This document shows positions 50,204-62,800 of a DNA stretch of 64,000 nucleotides, piece after piece. Position 1 is the stretch's first letter. Each line of letters opens with the position of its first letter. This DNA is from Myxococcota bacterium. GTDB taxonomy: Bacteria > Myxococcota_A > UBA796 > CAJQPC01. The stretch covers positions 1-64,000 of the forward strand of contig DASCPX010000037.1 of the NCBI GenBank assembly GCA_036012755.1. The letters run 5' to 3'. Below the pieces are notes generated by a model. It searched no databases, had not been told where the DNA came from, and saw only the letters and a list, made by a program, of their open reading frames with translations. Made by a program: the position numbers and the translations under genes.

Positions 50204-51963
50204 GTCGTTCGTCTCCGTGCGAGCAAGGCACCTATCGCGATCGCGAGGAGGGATGAGTGCGTGGCCGGGACCGAGCAGCCCGTGCGGGGCTCCGCTTCGA
50301 CGGCGGCGGCACGATCGCCGGTGTCGACCGCCTCCCGGTGCGTGTCGAAGACGAGCTCGCCGAAGACGTCTGCGATTCCGACCTCCACGCCCTTGGACAC
50401 GACGAGGATGTCCACGGTTCCGTCAGCGGGAAGTGAAGACAGCCCGAGCCTGAGCTCCGTCGCGGTCTCGTCGAGCACGTCGATCTCCGCCAGGGCGCGG
50501 TCATCGCCGTAGAGCGCGAAGGCGCGGGTACCGGCCGCGAAGGCGCCGCCGAGGACCAGGTCGTCGGCGAGCTCGGCGTCGTCGATGCGCACGGGCAGGC
50601 GGGCGTCCGTGACGAGCACCCCCCGCTTCTTGACTCCCGTGTCGGCGAGGACGTCCCATGCGCCCACGGCGAGCTCGGAGGGGTCGATCCTCCAGGATCC
50701 ATCTCGCTGATCGAGCAGGACGTCATCATGCCCGGGGCGGGTCAGGACCACCTCGGTCGCGTCCAGCGCCAGGCTCGAGTCCTCCTCCAGGACGCTGACG
50801 AGGAGGGTGTCGATCGACAGTCGCGCGGTGGCTGCGAGCCAGCCGTCGTCGGAGGTGCCGGGCTCGTAGCCGACGGCCTCGACCGTGAAGGGGCCGGCGT
50901 ATCGATGCGCCCAGGTGCCGTCGATCGGGCTCGACCAGAAGGGGCTGGTGCCCTCCGCGCTCAGGCGGGCGGAGACCGGGCGTCCGGTCTCGGCGTCGAG
51001 GACGATCCCCTCGCTGCCGAGCTCTGCTGTGACGAAGGCCTCGACCGCGGCCAGGTGGGCCTCGACGACTGACGTGGGGTCGGCCGGTGATTTTTCCACG
51101 CTCAGCTCGACGGTGTACTCCCACGCTCCGTGGCGGGCCAGGGACCAGTCGTTGCTGTCGCCGTAGGTGACGTACCAGTCGGCGCCGTTGACCAGGCTGA
51201 AGTCCTCGACCACGCAGGCGGCGGCGTAGACGGCGCCGAGGAGGATCAGCTCATCCTCTTCGGGGGCCGGGTCCCTCGTGTGGTTCCAGGGGTAGCCGAT
51301 GTTCAGGGCGCCGGAGTGGAGGCTCAAGCCCATCACCGGCGGGTGGAAGCTCGCCAGCGTGCGGATCGACAGGGTCTCGGGCTCCGAGAAGGGCTCCGGT
51401 CCGGAGAACACGCTGTCGGCCCAGGCCTGGTCGTAGTTCCGGTTGAGGTCGACCTCGTTGGCGTTCTGACGCGAGCCAGCGGCGTAGCCGTCCGGGTTGA
51501 CGATCGGTACGATCCAGAGCGACCGGCCTGGCACCTCCAAGCTCCGCGCGAGCTCCATGGCCAGCGCAACACCGGCGGTCTCGTCGCCGTGGTGGCCGCC
51601 CAGGATGCGGACACGTGGACCCGCACCCCGCTGCAGCGCGAGGATGTCCCGACCCTCCACCGACTCGCCGATGGCGACGGCCCCGAGGGCTCTGAGCTCC
51701 GCCTCGAGCGAATCCAGTGTCGGCTCGCCGTCCCGCGCCGTCCTGCGGTGGTCCTCGCGGCGACTCCGTGTCTCGAACTCGGCCTCGAGCGCATCCAGCG
51801 CTTCAGCGCGGCCCTGGACGAGGATCCAGTCGCCGTCGATGCCCTCCGCGAAGGCGGCGCCTCGGTCGTCGAGGTCGTCGGGGCTCGCGTACCGGACCTC
51901 CAGCTCACCGATCGGTTCGCCGATGGGCTCGGCGACGGCCTTCGCGAGCAGCAGGCACCACAC
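50188..51963 (-). CDS. M14 zinc carboxypeptidase with MYXO-CTERM-like tail
   Basis: HGDE, NPDG, VDLNRNY, EPET, SLH, TVEL; tail GC + hydrophobic + RRR; GTG start 51963. Confidence 0.85.
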   Translation of the reverse strand: MWCLLLAKAVAEPIGEPIGELEVRYASPDDLDDRGAAFAEGIDGDWILVQGRAEALDALEAEFETRSRREDHRRTARDGEPTLDSLEAELRALGAVAIGESVEGRDILALQRGAGPRVRILGGHHGDETAGVALAMELARSLEVPGRSLWIVPIVNPDGYAAGSRQNANEVDLNRNYDQAWADSVFSGPEPFSEPETLSIRTLASFHPPVMGLSLHSGALNIGYPWNHTRDPAPEEDELILLGAVYAAACVVEDFSLVNGADWYVTYGDSNDWSLARHGAWEYTVELSVEKSPADPTSVVEAHLAAVEAFVTAELGSEGIVLDAETGRPVSARLSAEGTSPFWSSPIDGTWAHRYAGPFTVEAVGYEPGTSDDGWLAATARLSIDTLLVSVLEEDSSLALDATEVVLTRPGHDDVLLDQRDGSWRIDPSELAVGAWDVLADTGVKKRGVLVTDARLPVRIDDAELADDLVLGGAFAAGTRAFALYGDDRALAEIDVLDETATELRLGLSSLPADGTVDILVVSKGVEVGIADVFGELVFDTHREAVDTGDRAAAVEAEPRTGCSVPATHSSLLAIAIGALLARRRTTCSCS

Positions 51964-51995
51964 GGTCCCAAGCCTACCCGCTACCATCGGCCGCG

Positions 51996-53138
51996 ATGCG
52001 ACAGCTGACCTTGCACCAGCCGATCGGCTCCGGAGCCTTCGGGACGGTCTACGCCGCCGAGCTCAGCGGCGAGCGCGGCATGCGCCGCAAGGTCGCGGTC
52101 AAGGTCATCAGCGGAGACCACGGCGAACAACGGGACGACTTCGTGAAGCGCGTCCGCGACGAGGCTCGCCTGCTCGGGCTCCTCCAGGACGAGTCCATCC
52201 TCGCCGTGCTCGACCTGCTGCAGCTGGAGGGGCGTGACTGCGTGGTGATGGAGTGGGTGGATGGTGTCGACCTCTCGAGGATCATCGCCGCTGGTTGGCG
52301 GATGCCGCCGCGGGCCCTGGCGAGCTTCGGCGCGACCGTCGCCGGCGCGCTTGGCAAGGCCCACACGGCTCGGCACCCGGACACGGGCTGCTCGCTCGGT
52401 GTGATCCACCGGGACGTCAAGCCGGCGAACATCATGCTGACGGGGAGGGGACACATCAAGCTCCTCGACTTCGGCGTCGCCCGGGCGGCCTTCGACGCGC
52501 GCGAGGCGAGGACGGGGCGCATGGTCCTCGGCACCTTGCTGTACATGGCGCCCGAGTACATCCTGCGCGGGGAGCTCAGCACGGCCGTGGACATCTACGG
52601 TCTCGGGTTGACGCTGGGGGAGGCGGCGATCGGCCGCGAGTTCGGCAAGCCGAGCCTCGAGCGAGCCAAGATGGAGGGTCGCCTGCGCGCCTGGCTCGCG
52701 GAGCTGCCAGGAGACTACGGCCCGATGCGGGTCGCTTTGGAGCAGATGCTCGCCTGGGAGCCGGGGCAGCGGCCGGACGGGGCCCACTGCGAGCAGATGC
52801 TCCTGGAGCTCGCCGACGCCTCGGCCGGCACGGGGCTCCAGCGCTGGTGCAGCAAGGTGGTTCCCACGGTCGACTCCGGCGAGCCAGAGGACGGCGAGGG
52901 TCTCGCCGGCCGCCGTTTCGACCTGGACTCGGGGTCGCACACGGCGCCAGAGGCCGAGATGACCGTCGGCCTGCCTCCTCCAGCGCCGGCCCCGACAGCG
53001 GAGCCAACCGGCTTCGAGCGCCAGGGCAGCAAGCCAGACAGTACCCTGGCGATGGTGATGAAGGGGCTCGCGCTGGGTGGCTGCCTGGGCTTGGTTGGGC
53101 TGTCCGTTCTCGTGGCGATTCTCTGGTATTTCCGATAG
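51996..53138 (+). CDS. Ser/Thr protein kinase with C-terminal membrane anchor
   Basis: GSGAFG, VAVK, HRDVKPAN, DFG, YMAPE; terminal TM helix. Confidence 0.9.
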   Translation: MRQLTLHQPIGSGAFGTVYAAELSGERGMRRKVAVKVISGDHGEQRDDFVKRVRDEARLLGLLQDESILAVLDLLQLEGRDCVVMEWVDGVDLSRIIAAGWRMPPRALASFGATVAGALGKAHTARHPDTGCSLGVIHRDVKPANIMLTGRGHIKLLDFGVARAAFDAREARTGRMVLGTLLYMAPEYILRGELSTAVDIYGLGLTLGEAAIGREFGKPSLERAKMEGRLRAWLAELPGDYGPMRVALEQMLAWEPGQRPDGAHCEQMLLELADASAGTGLQRWCSKVVPTVDSGEPEDGEGLAGRRFDLDSGSHTAPEAEMTVGLPPPAPAPTAEPTGFERQGSKPDSTLAMVMKGLALGGCLGLVGLSVLVAILWYFR

Positions 53139-53178
53139 ACTGGACTGAGATCTCTCGTCCTTTCAATCGGGTTGAGTC

Positions 53179-54444
53179 TTGACGGACCCACAGCACGTCC
53201 AGCGGAGAGTGGTGGTCCGCGCGCGCATGCTCGCGACCAGCTTCGTCGTCACCCTGGGTCTCGGCGGCGCCATCTTGTGGGCCGATTCCGGGCCCGAGAC
53301 GCCGGCGGTCGTCCCAGAGGTCGTGGTCACGGAGCCGGAGCCCCCTCGCTTCTCCGAAGTCAGCCACGCCATCCGGCGCGGGGACACGCTCGGCGCCATC
53401 GTCGCCGAGCACGGCGTGAGTGACGTCGACGCGGTCGTGGTCGCCGCTTCGAGCTTCACCGACCTGACGAACATCCGGGCCGGGCGCGACCTCGTCTTCG
53501 TCTACGAGCGGGACACGCCGGCTGCCATCGCGCTGCGCTACGCACTGGACGAGGACAACACTCTGGTGGTCCATCTCGGCGAGGTGCTGGAGGCCGAGCT
53601 CATGACCGTCGAGTACGACGAGGAGCTCGGCGTCCGCACCCTTGAGGTCGAGGGCAGCCTCTGGGCGGCGGCGACGGAGGCTGGCCTTCGACCCGCGGAC
53701 ATCGTGCGGCTCGCCGAGGTCTTCCAGTGGGAGGTCGACTTCAACACCGAGCTCCGCGCTGGCGCTCGCTTCACCCTGGTCGGCGAGGAGCTCCACCGCG
53801 ACGGCGAGTTCGCCAAGCTCGGCGATCTGAACGCTGTTCGCCTTGACAACGACGGCAAGGTCTACACGGCCTTCTTCTACGAGAAGAAAGACGGCGAGAC
53901 CGGGTGGTTCCAGGCTGACGGCACAGCTAGCAAGCGACCTTTTTTGCGCTCACCGCTGGAGTTCTCCCGGGTGACGTCGAGCTTCGACCTGAAGCGCTTC
54001 CACCCGGTGCTCAAGAAGGGACGGCCCCACTACGGGACCGACTTCGGCGCGGCCAGCGGCACGCCGGTTCGGGCCACCGGCAAGGGCACCGTCGTGTACG
54101 CCGGGAGCAACGGTGGCCACGGCAAGTACGTGAAGCTCGACCACGCCGGGCCGTACACGACCAGCTACAGCCACCTCTCGAAGATCGCGGTCGCCAACAA
54201 CAGCCGAGTCGAGCAGGGACAGGTCATCGGCTACGTCGGCTCGACGGGTCTGTCGACGGGACCCCACCTGCACTACGAGTTCCGCCTCGACGGCAAGCCC
54301 GTGGACGCGATGAAGGTCGACCTCCCGAGCGTCGAGCCCCTGCCCGAGTCCGAGCGGCCTCGCTTCGACATCGTGGTCGAGCACTGGACCCCCTTCCTCG
54401 ACGGCGGCCGCGACACGGGCGTAGCCCTCGCCGAGGGAGACTGA
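53179..54444 (+). CDS. M23 peptidoglycan endopeptidase (MepM/Csd3-like)
   Basis: HYGTD and HLH zinc motifs, N-terminal TM helix, LysM-like segment; real start may be GTG 53212 or a little later. Confidence 0.88.
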   Translation: MTDPQHVQRRVVVRARMLATSFVVTLGLGGAILWADSGPETPAVVPEVVVTEPEPPRFSEVSHAIRRGDTLGAIVAEHGVSDVDAVVVAASSFTDLTNIRAGRDLVFVYERDTPAAIALRYALDEDNTLVVHLGEVLEAELMTVEYDEELGVRTLEVEGSLWAAATEAGLRPADIVRLAEVFQWEVDFNTELRAGARFTLVGEELHRDGEFAKLGDLNAVRLDNDGKVYTAFFYEKKDGETGWFQADGTASKRPFLRSPLEFSRVTSSFDLKRFHPVLKKGRPHYGTDFGAASGTPVRATGKGTVVYAGSNGGHGKYVKLDHAGPYTTSYSHLSKIAVANNSRVEQGQVIGYVGSTGLSTGPHLHYEFRLDGKPVDAMKVDLPSVEPLPESERPRFDIVVEHWTPFLDGGRDTGVALAEGD

Positions 54445-54445
54445 T

Positions 54446-54994
54446 TCACTCGTCGATGGGCGTCATCCAGACCTCAGACGCGAGGAGCCCCAAGGACGCC
54501 AGGGCGAGGTCGTAGCGGTCGTCGATCTCCTCGTCGAAGACGATGGCCGCCTTCGGGTCTGTGTAGAGCCAGCTGCCGATCTCGATCTCGTGGTCGAGCT
54601 GGCCGGGGGCCCAGCCCGCGTAGCCGAGGCAGAGGCGGTACTCGCCGCCGCTCCGGAGCAGGTGCTCGAGGCGCTCCTGGCTCGTCGTCACCGCGATCTT
54701 GTTCTCGACGTTCCAGCCCTCCTCTTCCGGGATCTCGCCCTTGAAGAGCAGGAAGCCAGCGCCCGGCTCGACCGGGCCGCCCCAGAGGACACGGTCGGGG
54801 AGCTCGGGCATGGCGATGTCGCCCTCTTCGATGGAGAGCTGCCGGCCGACCTCTCCGATGGCGATGGCCATCGAGCGGTTGATCACCACTCCCATGGCGC
54901 CGTCATCTGCGTAGTGCCAGAGCAGGACCACCGTGCCCGCGAAGTTGGGATCCCGCATCTGCGGGCTCGCGATCAGGAGGCCGGGTCGGTTCAA
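54446..54994 (-). CDS. YqgE/AlgH family protein (DUF179)
   Basis: LLIASP..DPNF, GGPV, LGYAGWAPGQLDHE. Confidence 0.9.
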   Translation of the reverse strand: MNRPGLLIASPQMRDPNFAGTVVLLWHYADDGAMGVVINRSMAIAIGEVGRQLSIEEGDIAMPELPDRVLWGGPVEPGAGFLLFKGEIPEEEGWNVENKIAVTTSQERLEHLLRSGGEYRLCLGYAGWAPGQLDHEIEIGSWLYTDPKAAIVFDEEIDDRYDLALASLGLLASEVWMTPIDE

Positions 54995-54995
54995 G

Positions 54996-56255
<1,260 letters not shown>

Positions 56256-56289
56256 CCAGTCCTCGTCGATCCCGTGTGGATCTCGATCG

Positions 56290-56319
56290 ATCTTATCCAC
56301 CGTCCGGAGACACCGTCAA
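56290..56319 (-). promoter_or_regulatory. sigma70-type promoter for clpX
   Basis: TTGACG-N18-TAAGAT on minus strand. Confidence 0.55.
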
Positions 56320-56403
56320 TCATCGGTCCCGCTGATTCGAACCTGAAGGAAACGAAGGGTCGATCCACGCCGGGAGAAGTCCCTCCCGCTATGATGCGCC
56401 AGC

Positions 56404-57474
56404 ATGGCGGGCGACTTCTATCAGGTGCTCGGCGTTCCCACGGACGCGACGATGCAGGAGATCAAGAAGGCCTACCGGCGTCTCGCCCGTGAGCTTCATC
56501 CCGATGTCGTCGGCACGGACACGGAAAAGGTCGAGCGTTTTCAGCAGGTCGCGGAGGCCTACGAGATCCTCTCCGACCCGACAGCGAGGGGTCGCTACGA
56601 CCGTAGCTTCATGCGCAGGACGCCCGGCCGCATGGCTGGAGGCTTCCACTACTGGTCCGGAGATCCCAAGCCAGATCCGAACTCGACTGGATTGGGAAGC
56701 GATCCGGCCAACGATCTCGGCCTCGACGACATCTTCGGCGAGGCCGACTTCGGCTTCGGGGGACGGCGACCGCGCTCGTCGAAGACGACTCTCAGCAAGG
56801 ATCGAGCGCCGGAGCCGCGGGGCACTGGGCGACCCTCTCCTCCTCCTCCCCCTCCACCGCGCGCCTCGGCCAAGGCCGGGACCGACGTCTCCATGGCTGT
56901 CGACGTACCTCGGGAGATCGCGGCCAAGGGCGGCACGGTGACCCTCACCTACACCCGACTCGTGCTCACAGAGGACCGTCGTGGAGTCGTCGAGTACGAC
57001 GAGATCCATGACCTGAAGGTCCCGCCAGGGATCGGGCATGGTCAGACCCTGCGCGTTCCGAAGTACGGCCACGCCGGGGAAGGAGGCGGCGCCTACGGCG
57101 ATCTCGTCTGCGACATCAGGCTGGTGGGCCCGGAGCCGGCGGACAGCCGGCAGTCGCCTCCGTCGGCCGGCACGACCACCTCCTCGTCGGCGGATCCGAA
57201 CGTACGCATCCTGCCCATCAGCGTGCACGAGGCCCTGCTCGGCGGGCGCGTGCCCGTCCAGACCTACCGCGGGGAGGTGCTGCTGACGCTCCCGCCCTGT
57301 ACCTCTGGCGGAGTCCGCTTCCGCCTGCGCGGCAAGGGCGAACCGACCGGCTCCGGGGCCCCGACTGACCTCGTGGTCCAGCTGAAGATCGTGACGCCGC
57401 CGCTGTTGGACGACGACGCCAAGGCCGCAGCCGAAGCCCTGGCCGGCCTCGTTCCCTACGATCCCCGCGAGTGA
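56404..57474 (+). CDS. J-domain protein with DnaJ C-terminal domains, no zinc finger (CbpA/class B-like)
   Basis: DFYQVLGV, HPD, AYEILSD; LRVPKYG...YGDL and FRLRGKG. Confidence 0.88.
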   Translation: MAGDFYQVLGVPTDATMQEIKKAYRRLARELHPDVVGTDTEKVERFQQVAEAYEILSDPTARGRYDRSFMRRTPGRMAGGFHYWSGDPKPDPNSTGLGSDPANDLGLDDIFGEADFGFGGRRPRSSKTTLSKDRAPEPRGTGRPSPPPPPPPRASAKAGTDVSMAVDVPREIAAKGGTVTLTYTRLVLTEDRRGVVEYDEIHDLKVPPGIGHGQTLRVPKYGHAGEGGGAYGDLVCDIRLVGPEPADSRQSPPSAGTTTSSSADPNVRILPISVHEALLGGRVPVQTYRGEVLLTLPPCTSGGVRFRLRGKGEPTGSGAPTDLVVQLKIVTPPLLDDDAKAAAEALAGLVPYDPRE

Positions 57475-57484
57475 TCCGCCGGGC

Positions 57485-59773
57485 TCATTGATCGACCTGG
57501 GCCAGCGCCAGGGCCTCGTCGACCGTCTGGACGAAGTGGAGCTCCAGCGCGCTTCGCAGGGTGCTCGGCAGTCCCTCGACGTCCCTCTGGTTTCCAGCGG
57601 GGAGGACGACCGCCGCGAGCCCGGCGCGGCGGGCTGCCAGGAGCTTCTCCTTGACGCCGCCGACCGGGAGGACCTGGCCCCGCAGTGTGATCTCTCCGGT
57701 GAAGGCGAGGCCCTCACGGGCTGGCTTGCCGCTCAGGAGCGAAGCCAGGGCGACCAGGGTCGTGAGACCCGCCGAGGGGCCGTCCTTTCGGACTCCCGCG
57801 ACGGGCAGGTGGACGTGGAAGTCGCTGTCCACGAAGACCGATGAGTGCGCATGGCGGCTCCGGAGGAGTGAGAGCGCTGCGCTGACCGACTCGCGCAGGG
57901 ACTCCCCGAGGCTTCCCGTGAGCTCGATCCGGCCCTGTCCGTCGTCGAAGCGGAGCGCCTCGACGAGGAGCACCTCGCCGCCATCGGCCGTCCAGGCGAG
58001 ACCGAGGGCGGCGCCTGGTCGGCCGGCGTGTTGGACCAGCTGGGGCCGCGGCGGAGGCGGGCCGAGCAGCTTCTCCAGGTGCTTCTCGCGGATCACGAGG
58101 GTGCGCGTCCTGCCCTCGACCCACTGCAGCGCCATCGCCCGGAACACGCGCTGCAGGGCGCGCTCGAGGCCGCGGACACCGGGCTCCAGGGTCCAGCGGC
58201 GGACGAGCGCGCTCAGCGCCTCCGTGGACAACCGGATGTGGGACTCGTCGAGCCCGTGGGTGGCGTGGAGGTCGGGGAGCAGGTGACGCCTGGCGATCTG
58301 GATCTTCTCCTCCTCGACGTAGCCGGGCAGCGAGACGACCTCGAGGCGATTCAGGAGCGCCGAGGGGATGTCGTCCGCGACGTTCGCCGTCGCGATGAAC
58401 AGCACCTGGGAGAGATCGAAGGGCGCATCGAGGTAGTGGTCCGTGAAGTCGTGGTTCTGGCCCGGGTCGAGGACCTCGAGGAGCGCAGAGGCCGGATCGC
58501 CTGTCCCGGCACCCAGCTTGTCGAGCTCGTCGAGCAGCAGGACGGGGTTTCTCGTCCGCGCTCGCCGGACCGCCTGCAGGATCCGTCCGGGCATCGCACC
58601 GGTGTAGGTGCGCCGGTGACCCCGAATCTCGGACTCGTCCTTGACGCCGCCCAGCGACACGGCCTGGAAGGAGCGCCCGAGCGCCTGGGCCACCGTACGG
58701 GCGAGAGAGGTCTTTCCGGTCCCCGGCGGGCCCGCGAAGCAGAGGATCAGGCCGCGCGCGTGGGGGTTGAGCTTGCGCACGGCGAGGTACTCCAGCATGC
58801 GCTGCTTGGCCTCCGCCAGGCCGAAGTGGTCGCGGTCGAAGATCTCCCTGGCGCGCTCGAGGGACTCGTCGTCCACTGTCGTCACGTTCCAGGGCATCTC
58901 CCCCAGGAGCTCCAGCCAGCTGCGCACCACCGAGGTCTCTGCGGCGTCGGCGCCCATGCGGCGGATGCGGTCCAGCTCCCGGAGGGCCTCTGCGAGCACC
59001 GTCTGGGGCATGCCCGTCGACACCAGTCGCTGCTCCAGGCGGGAGAGCTCGTCGCTGGCCTGCTCGCCGAGCTCTTCGCGGCAGATGCGGATCTGCTCTC
59101 TGAGGAAGTACTCGCGCTGGGAGCGATCGATGGCCTCGCGCACCTGTCCGTGGATGCGGTTCGACAGGCTCACGAGCTCCGCGGCCTTGGCCGCTTCCAT
59201 GACGAGGAGCTCGAGGCGGCTCGCGACGCTCGGCTCTGCGAGCAGCGCCTGCTGGAGCTCCACCGGGAGCTGAAGCATGCCAGCGGCGTAGTCCGCGAGG
59301 CGCGCGGGACCTTCTGAAGAGTGAGGTGGCGCCTGGCCGAGCTCGGGAGGACGACGCAGGTCGCGCGCGAGCAGCTCGGTGAGGTACTCCCGGAGCTTGT
59401 CGTGCCGCACCTCGAGCGTCGCCGGGTCGTCGTCGAGCTCGTCGAAGGCGGTGACCGTGGCGGTCCAGTGCTGCTCGCCTGGCGTGAGTCCGCCGAGGTG
59501 GCAGCGCGCGTGGGCCTCGACGAGCGCGCGCGCTGAGCCGTCCCCCATCGCGAGGGTCCTCAGGACCCGTCCCCTGCAGGCCACCGGGTGGAGATCCTCC
59601 AGCGAGCAGGGCTCGACGACTCCGGGGCGGACAGTCGCCAGGACGAGGTCCACGCCTCGCTCGAGGTGCTCGGCCACGGCGTTGAGGGCTCGGGGTCCGT
59701 CCAAGGCGACCGGTGTCAGCGCGCCAGGGAAGGGGACCAGCCCACGCAGGGCCACCAGGGGCAGGTCGGGCAT
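57485..59773 (-). CDS. lon: Lon protease (endopeptidase La)
   Basis: LON N-domain, DHFGL, GPPGTGKTS, GHRRTY, DGPSAG, GGVKEK. Confidence 0.93.
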   Translation of the reverse strand: MPDLPLVALRGLVPFPGALTPVALDGPRALNAVAEHLERGVDLVLATVRPGVVEPCSLEDLHPVACRGRVLRTLAMGDGSARALVEAHARCHLGGLTPGEQHWTATVTAFDELDDDPATLEVRHDKLREYLTELLARDLRRPPELGQAPPHSSEGPARLADYAAGMLQLPVELQQALLAEPSVASRLELLVMEAAKAAELVSLSNRIHGQVREAIDRSQREYFLREQIRICREELGEQASDELSRLEQRLVSTGMPQTVLAEALRELDRIRRMGADAAETSVVRSWLELLGEMPWNVTTVDDESLERAREIFDRDHFGLAEAKQRMLEYLAVRKLNPHARGLILCFAGPPGTGKTSLARTVAQALGRSFQAVSLGGVKDESEIRGHRRTYTGAMPGRILQAVRRARTRNPVLLLDELDKLGAGTGDPASALLEVLDPGQNHDFTDHYLDAPFDLSQVLFIATANVADDIPSALLNRLEVVSLPGYVEEEKIQIARRHLLPDLHATHGLDESHIRLSTEALSALVRRWTLEPGVRGLERALQRVFRAMALQWVEGRTRTLVIREKHLEKLLGPPPPRPQLVQHAGRPGAALGLAWTADGGEVLLVEALRFDDGQGRIELTGSLGESLRESVSAALSLLRSRHAHSSVFVDSDFHVHLPVAGVRKDGPSAGLTTLVALASLLSGKPAREGLAFTGEITLRGQVLPVGGVKEKLLAARRAGLAAVVLPAGNQRDVEGLPSTLRSALELHFVQTVDEALALAQVDQ

Positions 59774-59802
59774 TCCGGGCGGGAGTGTACTCTGCGTGCC
59801 GC

Positions 59803-62800
59803 ATGGACCTCCCCGCGCCATTTGGCAAGTACCAACTCCTCGAGCGCATCGCGACGGGGGGAATGGCGGAGGTGTTCCTGGCCCGGAGCTTCGGGGTGGA
59901 GGGCTTCGAGAAGCGCCTGGTCATCAAGCGCATCCTCCCCCAGCTGGCGCACTCGCAGCACTTCGTCCAGATGTTCATCCGCGAGGCGAAGATCTCGGCG
60001 CTCTTGAGCCACCCGAACATCGTGTCGGTCTACGAGCTGGGAAAGGTCGGCCAGGATCACTACATCGCCATGGAGCTGATCCACGGGCGGGACCTGACGC
60101 GCTCCGTCCGTCGTCGTCGGGCGATGGGCCTCGCCTTGCCACTGCCCGTCGCCGTCTACGTCACTGCGGGCCTGGCCAGGGGCCTGGCATACGCCCACTC
60201 CCGCGTCGACGCCGAGGGAAACCCCGCGCCCATCGTTCATCGGGACGTGTCGCCCCACAACGTGCTGCTCAGTTTCCAGGGTGAGGTGAAGCTGGCCGAC
60301 TTCGGCATCGCTCGCATGTTGAACGAGCTCGAGCGGGAGCCCACGGGTCAACCCGGGGGCGGCAAGTTCGCCTACATGAGCCCCGAGCAGGCGCGGGGTG
60401 AGCGCATCGACCAGCGAAGCGACATCTTCAGCTGCGGCATCGTGCTCTACGAGCTGCTCGTCAACCACCGGCTCTTCCAGGACCCCGATCCGCAGGAGAA
60501 GCTGCGGCAGGTTCGCGAGGCCATCGTCCCCGACCCGCGCGAGGAGGTCCCGGCCATCCCCGACCGGCTCTGGGACATCCTCCAGGTGGCGCTCTCCCGC
60601 GACCCGGGCGACCGGTACGCCGACGCCGGGCTGCTCGAAGAGGACCTCCGCGCTTTCCTCTTCGAGGCTGGGCATCGGATCGACGACGCCAGCCTGGGCT
60701 CCTTCCTGCGGGAGCTCTTCGAGGACGAGCTCGGGCCGGACCCTTCGGCTGCGCTGCTCCAGAACCTCGCTCACGAGCTCACCCGGCTCGAGGAGTCGAT
60801 GGACCAGACGCGGAGCGACGCGACCTCGACCGCGTCGTCGGCGCCATCGGAGCCTGGCGCCAGGCGGCCAATCGGCGAGAAGAAGAGCGTCGCCGTGCTC
60901 GTGGCAGAGGTCGTCGGTCTCACCGATGCCAGCGAGGTCATCGAGCCAGAGGAGGTCCTGCGTCAGCAGGAGACCGTCAACCGGGCCCTCGCGCGGGTCG
61001 CCGGGCGCTTTCACGGCTGGCTCGACGCGCCCAGCCACGACACGATCACCATGCTCTTCGGCATCCCACGGGCCTTCGAGGACGACCTCGACCGCGCCCT
61101 GGCTTGCTCGCTGGAGCTCTTGCGCGCGGTGCGAAAGCTGCGGAAGAAGGGTCAGCCCGTGGAGCTCGCCGTAGGCCTCCATCGGGGCGAGGTCGCCCTG
61201 AGCGGCACGCCGGACGACATGTCCTACGTTCCTCGCGGAAACGTCGTCAAGCTCGCACGCCGCCTCGCTGCCCTGGCGGATCCTGGCGAGATCAGGGTCT
61301 CCGATCTCGTGGCTTCCCTGGGCGGCGACCGCTGGCGCTTCAACCTCGGGCCTCGCATCCGCATGAAGGGGCGCAGAAAGGACCTCTCCACCTTCGTGCT
61401 CGCGGGGCGTCGGCGCAAGGTCCGCGGCGGACCCGGTGGACGGTGGATCCGGCGGGCCGGAGAGCTGGAGGTGCTCGCCAGCGCCATCACCGGACTCGCA
61501 GAGGGTCGGGGTGGCGTCCTCGCCATCTCCGGCGAGGCTGGGAGCGGAAAGACACGGCTCGTACGAGAGCTGCGCGAGCAGGCGGCTCGGGGGCGGGTCC
61601 CCTGCTACGTCGCTCGCTGCTACCCCTACGGGAACGAGCACCCCCTGGCTGCCCTCCGCGACGTCGTCGCCGCGGTGCTCGGGATCGAGGACGACGACCC
61701 CCCAGAGGTCATCCGCCAGCGCCTCGCCCGGCTGTCGGAGCTCAGCGTGGACGAGCCCGACATTGCCACCATCGGCGACTTCTTCGCCCTGGGGTCCCAG
61801 CGGCGCGCCCAGCCGACCAAAGAGGACATCTACGGCGCTGGTTCGGCCTTCGTGAAGGGGCTCGCCCGCAGTCGGCCCACGCTGACGGTGGTGGAGGACC
61901 TCCAGTACATGCCGGTCTTCGAGCGACAGCTCCTGGGCCATCTCGTCCGCGCCTCCGCCGGCTCGCGCCTGCTGTGGATCCTGACCTGGCGTGGCCGCAA
62001 GCCGCCGTCCGAGCTGCCGCGACCCTCAGAGGAGATCCGCCTCGGCCCGCTGGACGACGAAGCCCGCAGCCAACTCGCCGCCGACATCCTGGCGGTCCGC
62101 GCGATCGGTCCCGACCTGGTGGACTTCGTGGACCGCCACGCGACCAAGAACCCGCTGTATGTCGTGGAGGTCGTCAAGTCGCTCCAGCAGAAGGGTGGCA
62201 TCAAGATCGAGGGTCGCAAGGCGCGCCTGAGCGACCCCACCGGCGGAGAGGTCCTCTTGCCGCCTACCCTGGAGGGGCTGGTGAGCTCCCGGGTCGACGA
62301 TCTCGACCCCGCAGCGAAGGGCGCCCTGCAGATCGCTGCGACCATCGGGCTGTCGTTCTCGCCTACGCTGGTGGCGGAGGCCGCGGGGCTCGAGGACGCC
62401 GCGCCGTTGTTCCGGGATCTCGTGGACGCTGGCCTCATCGTGCCAGAGGGCGGCGAGGAACGCCGCCACACCTTCGCCTCCCACCTCGTCTGGCAGGTCG
62501 TCCGGCGCTCGATCCTGGGCGTCCAGCTGCGAGATCATCACCGCCTCGTCGCGGAGGGCATGGAGCGCCTCTTCGCCGATCACCTCGAGCCGCACTACGA
62601 CGCCCTCGCCAGCCACTGTGCCGCCGCCGGACGCCTGGTGGACGCGGCCCGCTTCGTGAACCTGGCGGGAGACAAGCACCGGACGGGAGCCTTCCTGGAG
62701 CGTGCGCTGGCCTGCTACGAGCGAGGTGTCGCCTGGCTGGAGATGGCCGAGGGCAAAGACGGCGGCGGCTCGCTCAGGGGCGAGGCGGTGCTGCGCCTCA